Source of the DNA: Basidiobolus meristosporus CBS 931.73
Taxonomy: Eukaryota > Fungi > Basidiobolomycota
Direction of reading: 5' to 3'
DNA: 64,000 bases
NCBI GenBank assembly: GCA_002104905.1
Contig: MCFE01000399.1
Coordinates: 1 to 64,000, forward strand
Part shown: positions 39,369 to 51,513 of the stretch, piece by piece
How the letters are laid out: each line of letters begins with the position of its first letter
Numbering within the stretch: position 1 is the stretch's first letter
Position numbers and translations under genes: made by a program
Notes under the pieces: generated by a model
The model's database searches: none
What the model was told of the DNA's origin: nothing
The model's input: the letters and a program-made list of their open reading frames with translations, nothing else

Positions 39369-40248
39369 GTGCGATAGATTGAAAACGAGGCGGAAATCAT
39401 TTTGGCGTTAGCTTTGGAAATGACATGTGAATATTTTTCATTCGTAATATAGATATTTCCTTCACTTTATGTATGGGCTTGATTATTCAGATATCCAAAT
39501 AAGATAATTGCAATAAATGGCTCATTGTTCTTCACATAATCATCATAAACTTCTCGTTCCCATGCTCGTTATTCATAAGAATCTTTCTATGGCGGTCATC
39601 GAATGCTGCACTAACAATGGTAGGTGGACATACTGTATGGCCGGTGAATGGTGTTAGTCACTCCACAATGATATTACAATAGCCTTTGGGACAAAAATAC
39701 TGCTATTAATGGCCTTTCATCCATGCACTGACAAAGGGATATCGATATCTTTAAACCATCAAAAACAATTGTTTTCGTAGTTAACTTTCCACTTTACTCT
39801 AGTGAAACGACCTAATTACCGATATGGAACCTCAATAAAACCTTGCATGCGAAATACTGGAATTCCTCTGCTACGTGTGACCAAAGTCCATTTTCAACAA
39901 CGCCAATTACATCACATCAAAGTTAACATCGTGCTGAGCATCATTAATGGTAGAAGCGTACCAGCATTGAGTTCACAAATCTCGGTTCAATGCACATCAA
40001 CCTTGCATATGTAATCTATTTAGGACCATACCATCATACAAAGAGAAAATTGAAATATTCGAAAAAAGCTGTACAACATTGGATGTGCTGTTGATTTTTC
40101 ATTCCAGGCCTAAAGTCGGCCAATTCCTGACTTGCTTCATGGATATCGCATTTTGGGCCAACCAATGTTACTGTGGTACAGGTTTAATTGCTGCAACTTC
40201 CATTCAAGCGTTTCGAATTCACTGAGACTTTCTTTTTCCATCAACCCA

Positions 40249-40255
40249 TATAAAA
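40249..40255 (+). promoter_or_regulatory. TATA box (TATAAAA) upstream of the His-brace gene
   Basis: About 90 nt upstream of ATG 40342. Confidence 0.4.
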
Positions 40256-40341
40256 TGGTGTATTGCGCGTGGTTCAGCATCAATTTCGTCAGCTTCGGGT
40301 GCAGGTCACTTTTGTTATCTCAGTCTTAACGCATATTTGAC

Positions 40342-41160
40342 ATGTGGGGAAAAAAATTCATCGCCTTGGCAATCGTTTCGCTTGCTTGTGCCGTCAATGT
40401 TGAAGGGCATTCTTATCTAACTGGGCCTGACCCACGCGTTAGACAAGGCCAATGCCGCCTTGATGGCAAAACATTCTCCGGCTCAAATCCTAAGACTTGT
40501 TATGGGCCATGCGAATCTACCGTCGTAACACCAATGAATAAGCGCGCCGTCTATCAAAGAGGCCAGCAAATCACAGTTTCTTGGGCCCGCAACAACCACC
40601 CCGGAGGCTTTGTTCGTCTTGCATTTGCGAAAACCTCCAAGTCCAAGAGTGCTAGTGAATTCGATAAGAATGTCCACAAGTACTCTTGTTATGAAGCTGG
40701 GCCTGGCTGTAAAGGCCAGAGTAACAAAAACAATAACGACAAGTTGGGAACCAGTACCAAGAACTGTAACACTATTATCAACATTCCCAAGTGGCTCGAT
40801 GACGGTGAGTGGACTCTGCAGTGGTCTTGGTATGGCTCTATGCAAGGCCATGGAGACTTCTACTCTTGCTCGGATATCATCATTAAGGGTGGCCCTAAGG
40901 GCAACAACCAAGGTGCAGCATTTGAGGGAGGTGATCCTCGTAACCCCAGTAAGCAACTCTGTGCTATTGGATGGGGTGATCGCCTGGGAGTATGCAAGTG
41001 GAACAGATGCTGGGATCCTAAGAACAAGAACTCACGCGCACCATTCGTAAAGAAAGGATGGAACACCAATGTTGTAATCAATGCTGTTCCATATTCCAAG
41101 AAACCTTTGAAGATGTTACCTGGTCGCAACCCCAACACTAACAAGTCTACACCTTGGTAA
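40342..41160 (+). CDS. Secreted His-brace protein, lytic polysaccharide monooxygenase-like (family unassigned)
   Basis: Signal peptide ending VEG followed directly by His23 (codon 40408-40410); second His in WARNNHPGGFVRLAF; WTLQWSWYG; aromatic in FYSCSDIII; 10 Cys in the mature chain; intronless, 272 aa. Confidence 0.8.
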   Translation: MWGKKFIALAIVSLACAVNVEGHSYLTGPDPRVRQGQCRLDGKTFSGSNPKTCYGPCESTVVTPMNKRAVYQRGQQITVSWARNNHPGGFVRLAFAKTSKSKSASEFDKNVHKYSCYEAGPGCKGQSNKNNNDKLGTSTKNCNTIINIPKWLDDGEWTLQWSWYGSMQGHGDFYSCSDIIIKGGPKGNNQGAAFEGGDPRNPSKQLCAIGWGDRLGVCKWNRCWDPKNKNSRAPFVKKGWNTNVVINAVPYSKKPLKMLPGRNPNTNKSTPW

Positions 41161-44100
41161 TGGTAACTAGGCTTACCCCAGCAAACATTGACTATTGAAA
41201 ATGAATGTTTTGATTTCCATCATGTCATTCGACATAATAAACAAATATTTCTGAACACGCTTGAACAGATAGTGGTATCTTCCTCTAAAGTGTAATTCAT
41301 AATGTTGGGCTGTTCCGTGATTTCAACTACCGCTACATTATGGATCGATTCGGTGGTGGTGATTGCCGCAGGGACCAGTGTGGATTCGACGAATTGAATC
41401 AAAATATTGCAAATACTACATTAATTGGTGTGGCCGTATGATGCTTTCACTGGTATCACATGCACATTCTGAACGTACTCATTGCCTTTGAGTGAATCGT
41501 TGGTGGACTACACTCTTTACATTCCCTTTTAAAGCCTATATTTAACCCACTCTAAAAGGGGTTACAGGGATGAGGTGGAACATCACCAAGCGGGCTTTAA
41601 GGGAGCGTCAGTTAAAAAGAATGTTTGAATTACCACACTTGTTTTTCACTGTTGCATTTTGGCACCCGTCATAATCAAGTCGCGAGTTTACTGAAATGCT
41701 CCCTATCGCGAAATTGTTACTGCTATGTTTAGACAGTAAGGTTTGGAGAGCGTCGTTGTGACAATATGACTGCTCCCCAAGAAGTGTTGAAAGCCATATC
41801 CTAGCTTATTTTGTATTTCGAGTGCTCTCGTTATCTGTACTTTGTCTGCTATGCAAATAAACGTACTTTAAGTAATACTAGCCAAGCACAGATCATATGA
41901 TGTGAGGTGCGTCGCTTTGCGAGAACTATAGGCTCAACCTTACGGCCAGTACCATCGTTGCATTTGATATTGCTTTGATGGATGCCATTGACTTTTCTTA
42001 CACGCAGATTGCCTCCCAAACGCCGAAACCATTATGCTTAGCACCTCATTCCAATCTTAGGCAAACTTTTGAATCCCGATAAGGACTGTTATCGGATCCA
42101 AATCTCATCGGCTCCGCCCCTCCTGTCTTTTTCGCCGAGCAAGATCTGGCTTCAACTTTTGAACTACACTACCGATGCAATAATTATATTGCTGGCTGGA
42201 GCCTGCAGCATATTTTAATTAGTATTTACTGGGGACATTGAGGCATCTTGGCTTACACCTGTGCTCTGTTGCCAAGGCCAAAGTCCAATTTTGTATATAT
42301 TACCAAACTCGACTATACTGTAATCTATTCAGCTGCAACCTTCAATCCAAACCTCAACTTTTAAGGCGTAGGTACACTAATTTGTATCCTTTGTATTCTT
42401 CACCTGATTAATGCGATATTTAAGGACTTCGATATGCTGGTCACACTCCCAAATCATGATGATCACAAAAGTAGCCTTGTGCATGAAATTCAAATATGAT
42501 GGACATTGATACTGGTGCATGTATCCATTCCAGCTTCCTACCGAATCGCGCTAATTTTCATCTGGTGTGTATGCGAATTCGCTACACAGGCGATTTGTAA
42601 CGTTGCATCGCAAACTACCTATGTACTTTTAGAGGGCCTGGCTACCACCAGTCACCAGTTTGCCGACAAAATAAAGCCAATGAGCCAACTTCGACATAGT
42701 CGGGCAGCTAGCACAGTAATCTAGATGGGTGACAGTACTTCGCTGTGCAAAGGTATTGAACATAGCCGTCGTATTCATCACAGGTTAAACTTCAACACTC
42801 ACGACAGAATCCAACAATACCCGCAAGCACCATGACGTCACTTCGCTGCTTTGTATTGTTTTACAAGGGAAGAACGATGTACCTCGTTACCGTGGGTCTT
42901 TCCGTTTGGGCTACCTGTTCCGTGGTTGATGAATACAATTTTAATTCATCAATTAGAAGCGTAAAATCGAAATTGTTTTCGTAATGTGTTACTCTTCTTT
43001 GGGTGAAGGCACTCAATAAACAAGGCCTAACGCCGAATTTTCCCCAGCAGAAGCTCCGTGGAGATTTATCTGATCATAAGGTAACTAATAGTTGATATGA
43101 TGAACAACACGCATCTCAAGAAATCAAATGTATTTGCGTCGAACTGTGGATGGCTCGTATTTAATTAAGGAGACCGGGAGGAACTCATTAGTTTCTCAAC
43201 TCAGGGATATAGCTCGAATACCTTGCAGAATCAATTTATCTATCTGTATACATGATATAAGTCATATATTCTGAAGTAAGGGTGGCTGCATTTCAATCTC
43301 GCATATCAAGGGAAATAACAAAGTAGACTGGCGCACGAGAAACCAAGTCATTGTTAACCTGGGCCTACAGCGATTTAATCGCGGCCCTTCTGAGCAAATT
43401 GCTTGCTGGGAAGCCGAATCCCTAGTGTTGAGCAGGGGTCCATATGGTAAAAAGGGTCAGTAGTAAAGCGGATGGCTATGATGGGCGGTCTCTGTATAGA
43501 ACACAACACATTGGCTTGGAACAAATGGAAATTCCGCACACTTTCGATGGCAACTGTCACGTTGATAGAAAATTACTTGGGAACTGAGGATTGTTCATAT
43601 GCTCGTACAAATTAATCAAGCAAATCACTTGTGCCCATTTGGTATGCAATTTATGGCAAGCACATTATTGTTTTCTGAGGACTGATGTCATGTTGATATC
43701 GATCATTCCATTGTAAAACATGGCGATCATACTTGTCCTTTCGTGTTGGATGCCAGGGGCTATCAACCATACAGTTTGGACCAAGGGACGGAAACAGGCA
43801 GAAATCCGCCCTTCAGCAATAGGAACCATCCAAATTATATGCGCATCGTATATGGTCGGCGTAGTGTTAACCAACTAAAGGCATTGATTGAAATCCTCGA
43901 AATCTTACTCGAGACCTAATTAAATTCACAGACCACAAATGAATACAATACCGTTAAGGAGCTCAGCAAATCGGAGAGGCTATTAATAGCTAATCATATT
44001 AAAATACGAATTGATTCATTACTGAATCAGTCATAATGGAAATATGTACCTCCTCAAGTTGCACAGCTTAAATTGAACTTGTTTGGAGACGGACGCGGGG

Positions 44101-44353
44101 GCTCAGTACTAATATTCTTTGGCCATCCTTAGGGAAAGTGAAAATTTTGGTTCCACCAAATTATAAACTTAAATATGTATGGTAGTCCCTACGTTCCTGG
44201 CTATTTATCACTTGATATTTCTATCCATATCCTTTCCACTTCACAGGCGCTTGGTCGTCCTACTCTCCTCTCTATCTCTGCTTCGTGTTGTCCTTGCATA
44301 CTCAGCCCCTTCTGCTATCCACCCTCCCGTCATTTTCCACTCGTTAGTAAACT

Positions 44354-45632
44354 ATGAGATTATCCGAAGTCCTAAAATCGTTTGTCGTTTTGGGATTGGC
44401 AAGCACCTCTCTAGGTAATAACACTGCCTGTAAGGTTCCTTCCCCCAAGACCCACGTATCCTATCGCGCTTCTGGCCCCATTGTCCTTGATGGTAAACTT
44501 GATGACCCTGCTTGGGAAAAGGTCCCCTGGACGGATTATTTCGGTAACATTCAGGGACCTGCTGGCATTGCCCCTCCACCCGTCATGAACACTCGCGTCA
44601 AGGTATATCGGGTCTGCATGGTTTGATAAACGCTTGAAATCTAATCTTCATTTAGATCATGTTCGATGACGAGTATATCTACGTTGGCGCTCAGATCGAC
44701 GAAGAAGTCATTCGCGCCAAGACCAAATATTGTGAGGGAGAAAGTAAGACCGATTATTTTCGTACGAGATTGATTCCCTATTAACACACTTTTCAGAATG
44801 GGATGATAATGACTTCCAATTCTACCTTGATGCTGAACGTACCAACACAAACCTCAAGGTGATCAAGATGAATGCCTTGGGTCTCTACGAGTCCTTGATC
44901 TATGATAAGCCCCCTAGCAACAAGGGAGTTGGCAAACCTTGGGACATCAAGTCCAAATTTGAATTCAAGGTCTACACCAATGGTAAAGTTAATGATCCAA
45001 GATGGACCAAGGTCAAGGGAGGCTATTGGTCTGTCGAATGGAAACTTCACAAGAGCCTATTGTCAAACAAAGCCTCTACCAAGCGTGATGTTGAAGGAGT
45101 TCCAGCTTACCAGAACATGAATTTCTTGCGTACTGGCTATAACCCTACCTCCGTGTATCCTCTACCTGATCAAACAAACTTCACCAGTACTGCTTCTCTC
45201 TTCTTTGGAATCCCACCCGTTGTCAACTCCCCAGTCATGCGCAAACGCCATGAAGTCACTTCCAGATACCAATTCTCTTGGACTCCTCAATATTCCAACG
45301 ACCCTACCAATCCCGATCTTTGGGGCCATGTTGAATTCAAGGACACCACTGACACTTCTGTTCCATTTGTTGAGGATCCCAACTACGCCACTCGCTATGC
45401 CCTCATTCAAGTGTACCTCGCGCAGCAGGCATACGCCGCTAAGAACCAGGGCAAGTTTGCTAACGTATACTCGAAGTTAAACCTTGACTCTGAAGTGATC
45501 GGCAAGTGCGTTCCTGTCCCGAAGATTAAGGTATCTAATGATTGCCTCAACTTCGACGCTTTCATCAAGAAGAGCAAGGTCGTCGGTACCATCAACGACA
45601 CCCGCGAGATTATTTTCAAGGCCCATGCCTAG
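44354..45632 (+). CDS. Secreted carbohydrate-binding family 9-like (DOMON-like) protein of bacterial type; exons 44354-44602, 44656-44743, 44797-45632
   Basis: Signal peptide; YRASGPIVLDGKLDDPAWEKVPWTDYFGNIQG, NTRVK|IMFDDEYIYVGAQIDE, WDDNDFQFYLD...MNALG, WSVEW, WTPQ...PDLWGHVEF and RYALIQVYLAQQAY. These resemble Bacteroidetes CBM9-like proteins. Both introns splice in frame. Confidence 0.82.
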
Positions 45633-46489
45633 GTCCCCTTTTTGGATTACATTATTATTCACACTGATCGATCTCAAACAATAAGAATCCTTTAATCAGT
45701 TTTTGTCTGACTTAATAATATGTATTACATCTTCGATCCCTTTTTGATATGTGGTCTTCATCCCATAGCCATCTCATGAATGTATTCCCCAACATGGGGT
45801 TACTGCGTAACTCTTATCATTAAAATTCGTGATTGCAATCACAACCTATTCGTGGTATGTGCAGCGCTGGACAACATAACTCAGCATGGATTTGTCGGCT
45901 TACATGGTTCTGGAGTCGTTTCAAACAACAGGCATCAAGCATGTACCGCGTCTGCTACCCGAGAGTTGCGATTCTTGACGGTGGCACATGGGATCCGAGA
46001 GCCAACTCAGAATTCATCTTCACTCACCAATAGATGATGGTTTTATCTTACCAGTCCAGTCATCCTATTATTCTCAGTAACAGGTTCTTTCCAGATGGTA
46101 CAACGAAAAATGAATTGGCTCTGATTCTCATCGGTGTCAGCCTTTATGTAAGCAGAAGATGATACTTCACTCTTACCTAAAATGGGTATAGGAGATTTAT
46201 TGTGTGACGTGGTTTATAAGCGCTTCCATACTTTCCATTATCGGCAGTGAGATTGCCATATTCGCCATTATAAATCATCGATTATGTATTATGTAAGTAT
46301 GATTGTCTAGCGTCGTAGCAATATGCCGGACTCCTGAACTCTATCAGCCAAGATATGGATATTTTCTTAATTTGGCCTGGGCTCATGATCAGTTTCAGTT
46401 TGGGATTTCTTCTTATACCATCTCCCATCCCTCATATATCTGCCTATCCTCATGTATCAGGCTCAACTTTGTATGCTCTCATACGGATT

Positions 46490-49206
46490 ATGCCACTTTT
46501 GGAAAACTCCTTACACTACTCCTTGGAGAATATTAGAAAAGATTTAAGCAATGGAGTGATTGAAGTAGCGAAACTGAAATTAATCCCTCTTGTTAACGAT
46601 TATCATACGGTCCTCGAAGTACAGGTGCGTTTCAACATCATATAATCATCCTTAGTAGTGGAAATTTGATCCTAGTATTTGCTTTCAAGCTACTTCTACT
46701 TGAGCTAGCCCTTGCTGAAGGAAATTTTGTAAAAGGCCTTCAAGTATTAACGCACCTGTAAGTTCTTTCCAGCAAGAGGTGTCAATCATCATACTAAGCT
46801 TTTCCTATAGGCGAGCGAAGCACAAGTTCGAGGAGAAATACAAAGAACTCGTATGCCGCATCGTGCACTCTGCTTTACTCGAGTCAACAGAGGATCATGC
46901 TGGTACTACAACTAGTCATTGTCTCAAAGTATTCGGAAATGCTTACGTTTCTTATTTTGTTTATAGAGCTGTTTCGCCAAACCCCTAGCAATGTGCAAAA
47001 GGATTTATTGGTTGAAGTAGCAGGTATTGGCTTGTTTGCTTCTTTCGAAACACTTCAAACATAACACCAATTTTGAAAGAACTTTATTCGTTAACAAACC
47101 GATTGTTTGATGCCTCTCGTATTTTTGCATTTCTCTGCTTTTTGTTCCCTGAATTGGCCTGTCAGTATGGGGTAGAGTTCGGTAAATAATGTTACTCATT
47201 GAAATATCTTAACCATCGGAATCTTGCTTTAGCCGATTGCTGCTGACTTGGTCATCAAGGCAGAGAAACAAAGTAAACCATCGGTACCGGTCAACACATA
47301 CCGTCGTTTCTTCTGTAAGTTACCTATACATCTATGTACTTCCGCATTTGATTTTCTAATTGATTTTCTCCAAGTATGTGGAATTTTGCCGCAGATTTTC
47401 TTGGACAAAGTAAGATGCAAGGGTCCGGAAACAAACGATCCTGACGATAAAAAGAACTGTCAGAATATGGTATCATACGAGAATCTTCTGGAGTGGATGA
47501 AACTACATCAGGCATATTATATTGCTCAGATTGATTGGAGATCCATGTACCAATCTATGGTGCATGTACTCAAACAATGTGGTTTTCTTCCTCAAAAATG
47601 GTAAGCTGTCCTTGCGAGATAGGCCGATATACGTTGATTCGAAAACTCACGATTTCAATTAATTATGGCTTGCAGCGAAATATCTTCAATAGTGCCTGAT
47701 GCGAATTCAAATATCATGTTTCCTGACGTTCTCTTGGAGTCGCTGCGTCTTCAAAAAATTGATTTGCCAGTTGATCTCAAGTCGCTATTCCTGACAACCT
47801 GCTTCACCCAAATCTGCTTTGAATATCAGTCATTGGTCTTTAATCCGACCAAATCCAACGGTATATTCAATTTCTGACATGTATACCACCTTGCAGATTT
47901 TCTCATATCAGATCTAGAATGTTCAATTCCAGTTGGCGATTACAACGGTGCCAAAAAAACCAAGAAATCCAAAACAGGCAAATTGTCGAAGAGTAAACAG
48001 AAGTCCAAAGATGTCAGCTCAGCTAGACCCGTAACTGACGCAGCTACCCCAACATCTACATCAGGAGGTGGTTAACTCTTTTCGCTTACATCATATAGTA
48101 CCAAGCTAACCCTACCTCAATAGAGAATTCGAAAGTATCCGCACAAACCACAATTACCCTGCGTAAAGCCCAAGAGATTCTTATTCTAATAGAAAGCACT
48201 GATGGTGGTCAGGTTTTGGAACAAATGATCAACGACTGGTCCTTGCCATTTCATATCACAAACGCAATACTGCTATGTAATGCAGACATACGTCTGATGG
48301 AGGTACTAGCAACACTTGTAAGCCGTAACCCTTTTGCTAGCTTAAAAATTGATGATATTATGGCTATGTAGAAGCGCTACTCGGATTCGTACGAACTTTA
48401 TCTCGAACTATCAAAAAGATGTCAAACTCGGTGGCGCTTGAAGAATGATATTGCGGATGGCACCTCGGTCTCATTTCATCCGCTGTATCAGTTTCGATTG
48501 CTTTACTCACTCAGCTTGGCTAGCGATCACATGGGACAATCAAAGGTATATGTTATTCTCAACTGTATTTACTAGCATATTTTGATGAGTTTGTCAGAAT
48601 GCCCGAAAATATCTTTTTCCAATCTTGTATTCGGGAATTCCTTGTGGCTTCAACGACTTGAGTTTCGATTTCGAACAATCCTCCAAATTCCGCCTCCGAC
48701 CAGTGTCCACAGCCGCGTTGCTTAGCCGCTGCATACAAAACCTCATAGTTTCATATGTAAACGATATTGAGCAATGCGGATTCGATCATGACCTCATAGG
48801 GGATCTTTTGGTTCTGTCACAATTTGCACCGGCACAACTGCCCGACCAACTACAGTGGATCTCTACCTTGCTCATTCGTAGCGGCAGATTTGTTTACCGG
48901 GAATTCTTTCACTTTGTATTTTCTGAAGCCATACTTCAGCAGATCTTTCAAGTCAGGAATCTCAATGATCTGTATATATCACTCCTACCCGTAAAAAATG
49001 AGACTTCATCGCCGGAACGATCTGAGGTATCACAAGTAGAGCAGAATCGAACGCTGGAAGCCCATTTACAACTTGCACTAGAGAGAACACCAAAAAAGAT
49101 GCAACTTCTCCGAGAGTTTAGCAAAAGGACATATCTTCGGGATCAGGGAGTGCCTGTACATGTATGGCAACGTAATATACATTCTGTGATGGAATTCTGG
49201 AACTAG
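46490..49206 (+). CDS. INTS10: Integrator complex subunit 10-like protein; many exons, exact structure uncertain
   Basis: C-terminal exon IGDLLVLSQFAPAQLPDQLQWISTLLIRSGRFVYREFFHFVFSEAILQQI and LQLALER parallel the metazoan INTS10 C-terminus (LGHVIVLLQ..WP....G.FQYENFFNYV..DMLEEF; FRLAMER). The N-terminus EVAKLKLIPLVNDYHTVLEVQ aligns loosely with AAKAWLITARSLYPADFNIQ. Confidence 0.65.
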
Positions 49207-49433
49207 TAACCCTATTCTATTTCGGTGACCTGTAACACATGGTATATCTAATATGAATAAATAATTGCATGTAAACACGTTCGAGCATTCTTCTGCTAAA
49301 GGGCAGTAAATAGTATTAATTTGAGATCAGTCTACTAGGAATGATTCTTTATTCCAAATTTCTATCTACATCATAGCACCCTGATATGGCGTAACACGAA
49401 GGTTGAGTGAAGGAACGAGAGAGCATCCATTCG

Positions 49434-50607
49434 CTATAAACAAGAGGCCACGGGCTCCAACTTCAAAGTGGCCTGGACAATCTGCCCACCTTCCCAAACA
49501 TCATCGGGGTCCAGCCTGATGGGATTAACGACGATACCACATTCGACACAGATCATACTCTTATACTCATCATCTCCAAAGTCCGCCATACCATTGGCTC
49601 TCTCAACCCAGGGATTCCAAATCACAGCATCGTCTAGATTGTTCTTTCGGATAAACAACGCTTTGCCGTGACCATGGTTTAGTTTTAGCTCCAGCGAGGT
49701 AACGTTTTTGTACACACTATCGACTTCAGAATTGACCTGGATAGCAGAGCGATCTTCTTTACCCTCGATGCATTTGACCTTGTCTGTATACTGATACCCA
49801 TGGAGTCCACTGACTGAAGCATTGGAGACATCCTGATATAAATAACAACAGGAGTTAATGGTCAATTCTGTAGAAATGCATAACCAAGACTCACAGGAAC
49901 TTGGAAGTAGGTATGAGGTCAAGTTGTGAAGTCAAAGGACTTTTCATTCTCGACAGATTCCGTATTCTTCACCGTCAGATTAGTCTCCAAGGTATCTGCC
50001 TTCAGAATAACAGTGTATACCAACTCGAAAGTGAGCGGCCAGATTTTACGGAAATCAGGACCAATTTGTACACCATTTAGGCCTACTCAATCGGGCTATT
50101 GGTCTCAGATAGATCAAACCAAGACAACATCAAAACTTTCCAAAACGAACTTTCACTTCGTCCTCAGCACTAGAAACCGTCCCAAGCCATTAACAACGAG
50201 TGATTCTAGCAAATCCGTGTTGCGGCAAACCAGCTGCTGGGTTGGGTGCCTCCGCTTTACCGAAGTTTGGGAAAACAAGTGGAATCCTGGATAAAAACTT
50301 GGCACATGATCATATCCAGTTTCATTCAGCAGTGCCCACTGACCCACCCCGGATGGCCTTCGTTCCGTTGAGAATCGCTTTTTGGCTATGTTGTGGTTAG
50401 AAATGGTTTTAGATAATGCCATCTTCGCGGTTGGAATATCACTCACCTAACAAAGAGTCTTTCTGCATCCTTAACCTTCCAGCTTGTAACAGTGGCCCCG
50501 TAAAGGCTGATTGTGGCAGCAGCACCTTCAGGGTGATTCAGCACTATTTGGTCAGGTGAACCATCCTCCGCCTGAATAATCCTAACTGCTTTCCTGGACC
50601 AAGTCAT
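49434..50607 (-). CDS. Glucose-6-phosphate 1-epimerase (aldose 1-epimerase/mutarotase family); multi-exon
   Basis: From ATG 50607: ISLYGATVTSWK; later LHTYF-type segment, EVDSVY, DAVIWNPWVERANGMADFGDDEYKSMICVE and WEGGQ. Confidence 0.9.
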
Positions 50608-51513
50608 GATTTAATCAGGAATACCTACACAAAGCTTTTGGAATAGAGATGCTTATATTAGTTTGGTTTCCCATGGTATGCTGATTGTGCTATATATGTT
50701 GCATGGCAGCATAAGAGATCACGTGCAAAGACAATGTTTACGTATACAGACATTCGAAGGCATCGTGCGGTATTTGGATAAACAAACGGGATTAGTTTCC
50801 CCTTGTCTAGCTCTTCGATCTACCATTTCTGAGAGCCCAACTGGCTATTTTCTTTGAGAAATCCAAGGCAAGTGACGTAAGCAATGGTCAGGTCAATTAA
50901 TTGCTGGCGAGGATCAAAGATGAAGATCGATCATATCAATGCATTGACGGATGACGCAGTGTAGTAGATCTCACCCAGTATTGTTGGTCACCATAGGATA
51001 TACTAGGGACAAAATAGTTGATTTGGGATCAAAGGAAATAAACACAGTCTAGGCACTCCGTATTCCAAGCAGAATTTCGACCACACCTAGTCTACTCATT
51101 GAGCTACCTGAGCATAATGTTGATTGAGATGGTGGTTTAATAAGCACAGGCTTGATTTATTTGGCGATATAATTTTCAAATTATATATTTAATTCAGATT
51201 TCCTCTAGAGCATGCAGCAGTTCCCCCAAGTGCATCAGACTGAGTCCCCCGAAATTTCGATAATTTCCTTTTGTAAAAGATCGGGTTATGACAGAATGCC
51301 ATAAAAGTTTCCACGTAATAGCATTAGTTTAGAAAGGTGATCAATTTGATTAGTTGAATGGGTGGTGGGCGTCATATTCGTATACCTTTGCCACAATTTG
51401 TCTCCTTTATTTTTCCTCAGCTGCATTTTTATTAAAGAAGGAACACTCAACTCCTTTTTACCCTCATACTTTTAAAAAAGCAGAAACCTCGAGTAAATCG
51501 TAAACCAAAGATA

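Noticed and set aside
41400-44200. 3-kb spacer searched for a third island gene or a transposon
   Set aside because: Only short ORFs without motifs, no terminal repeats. A TGACGTCA palindrome at 42833-42840 is too far from either gene to interpret.
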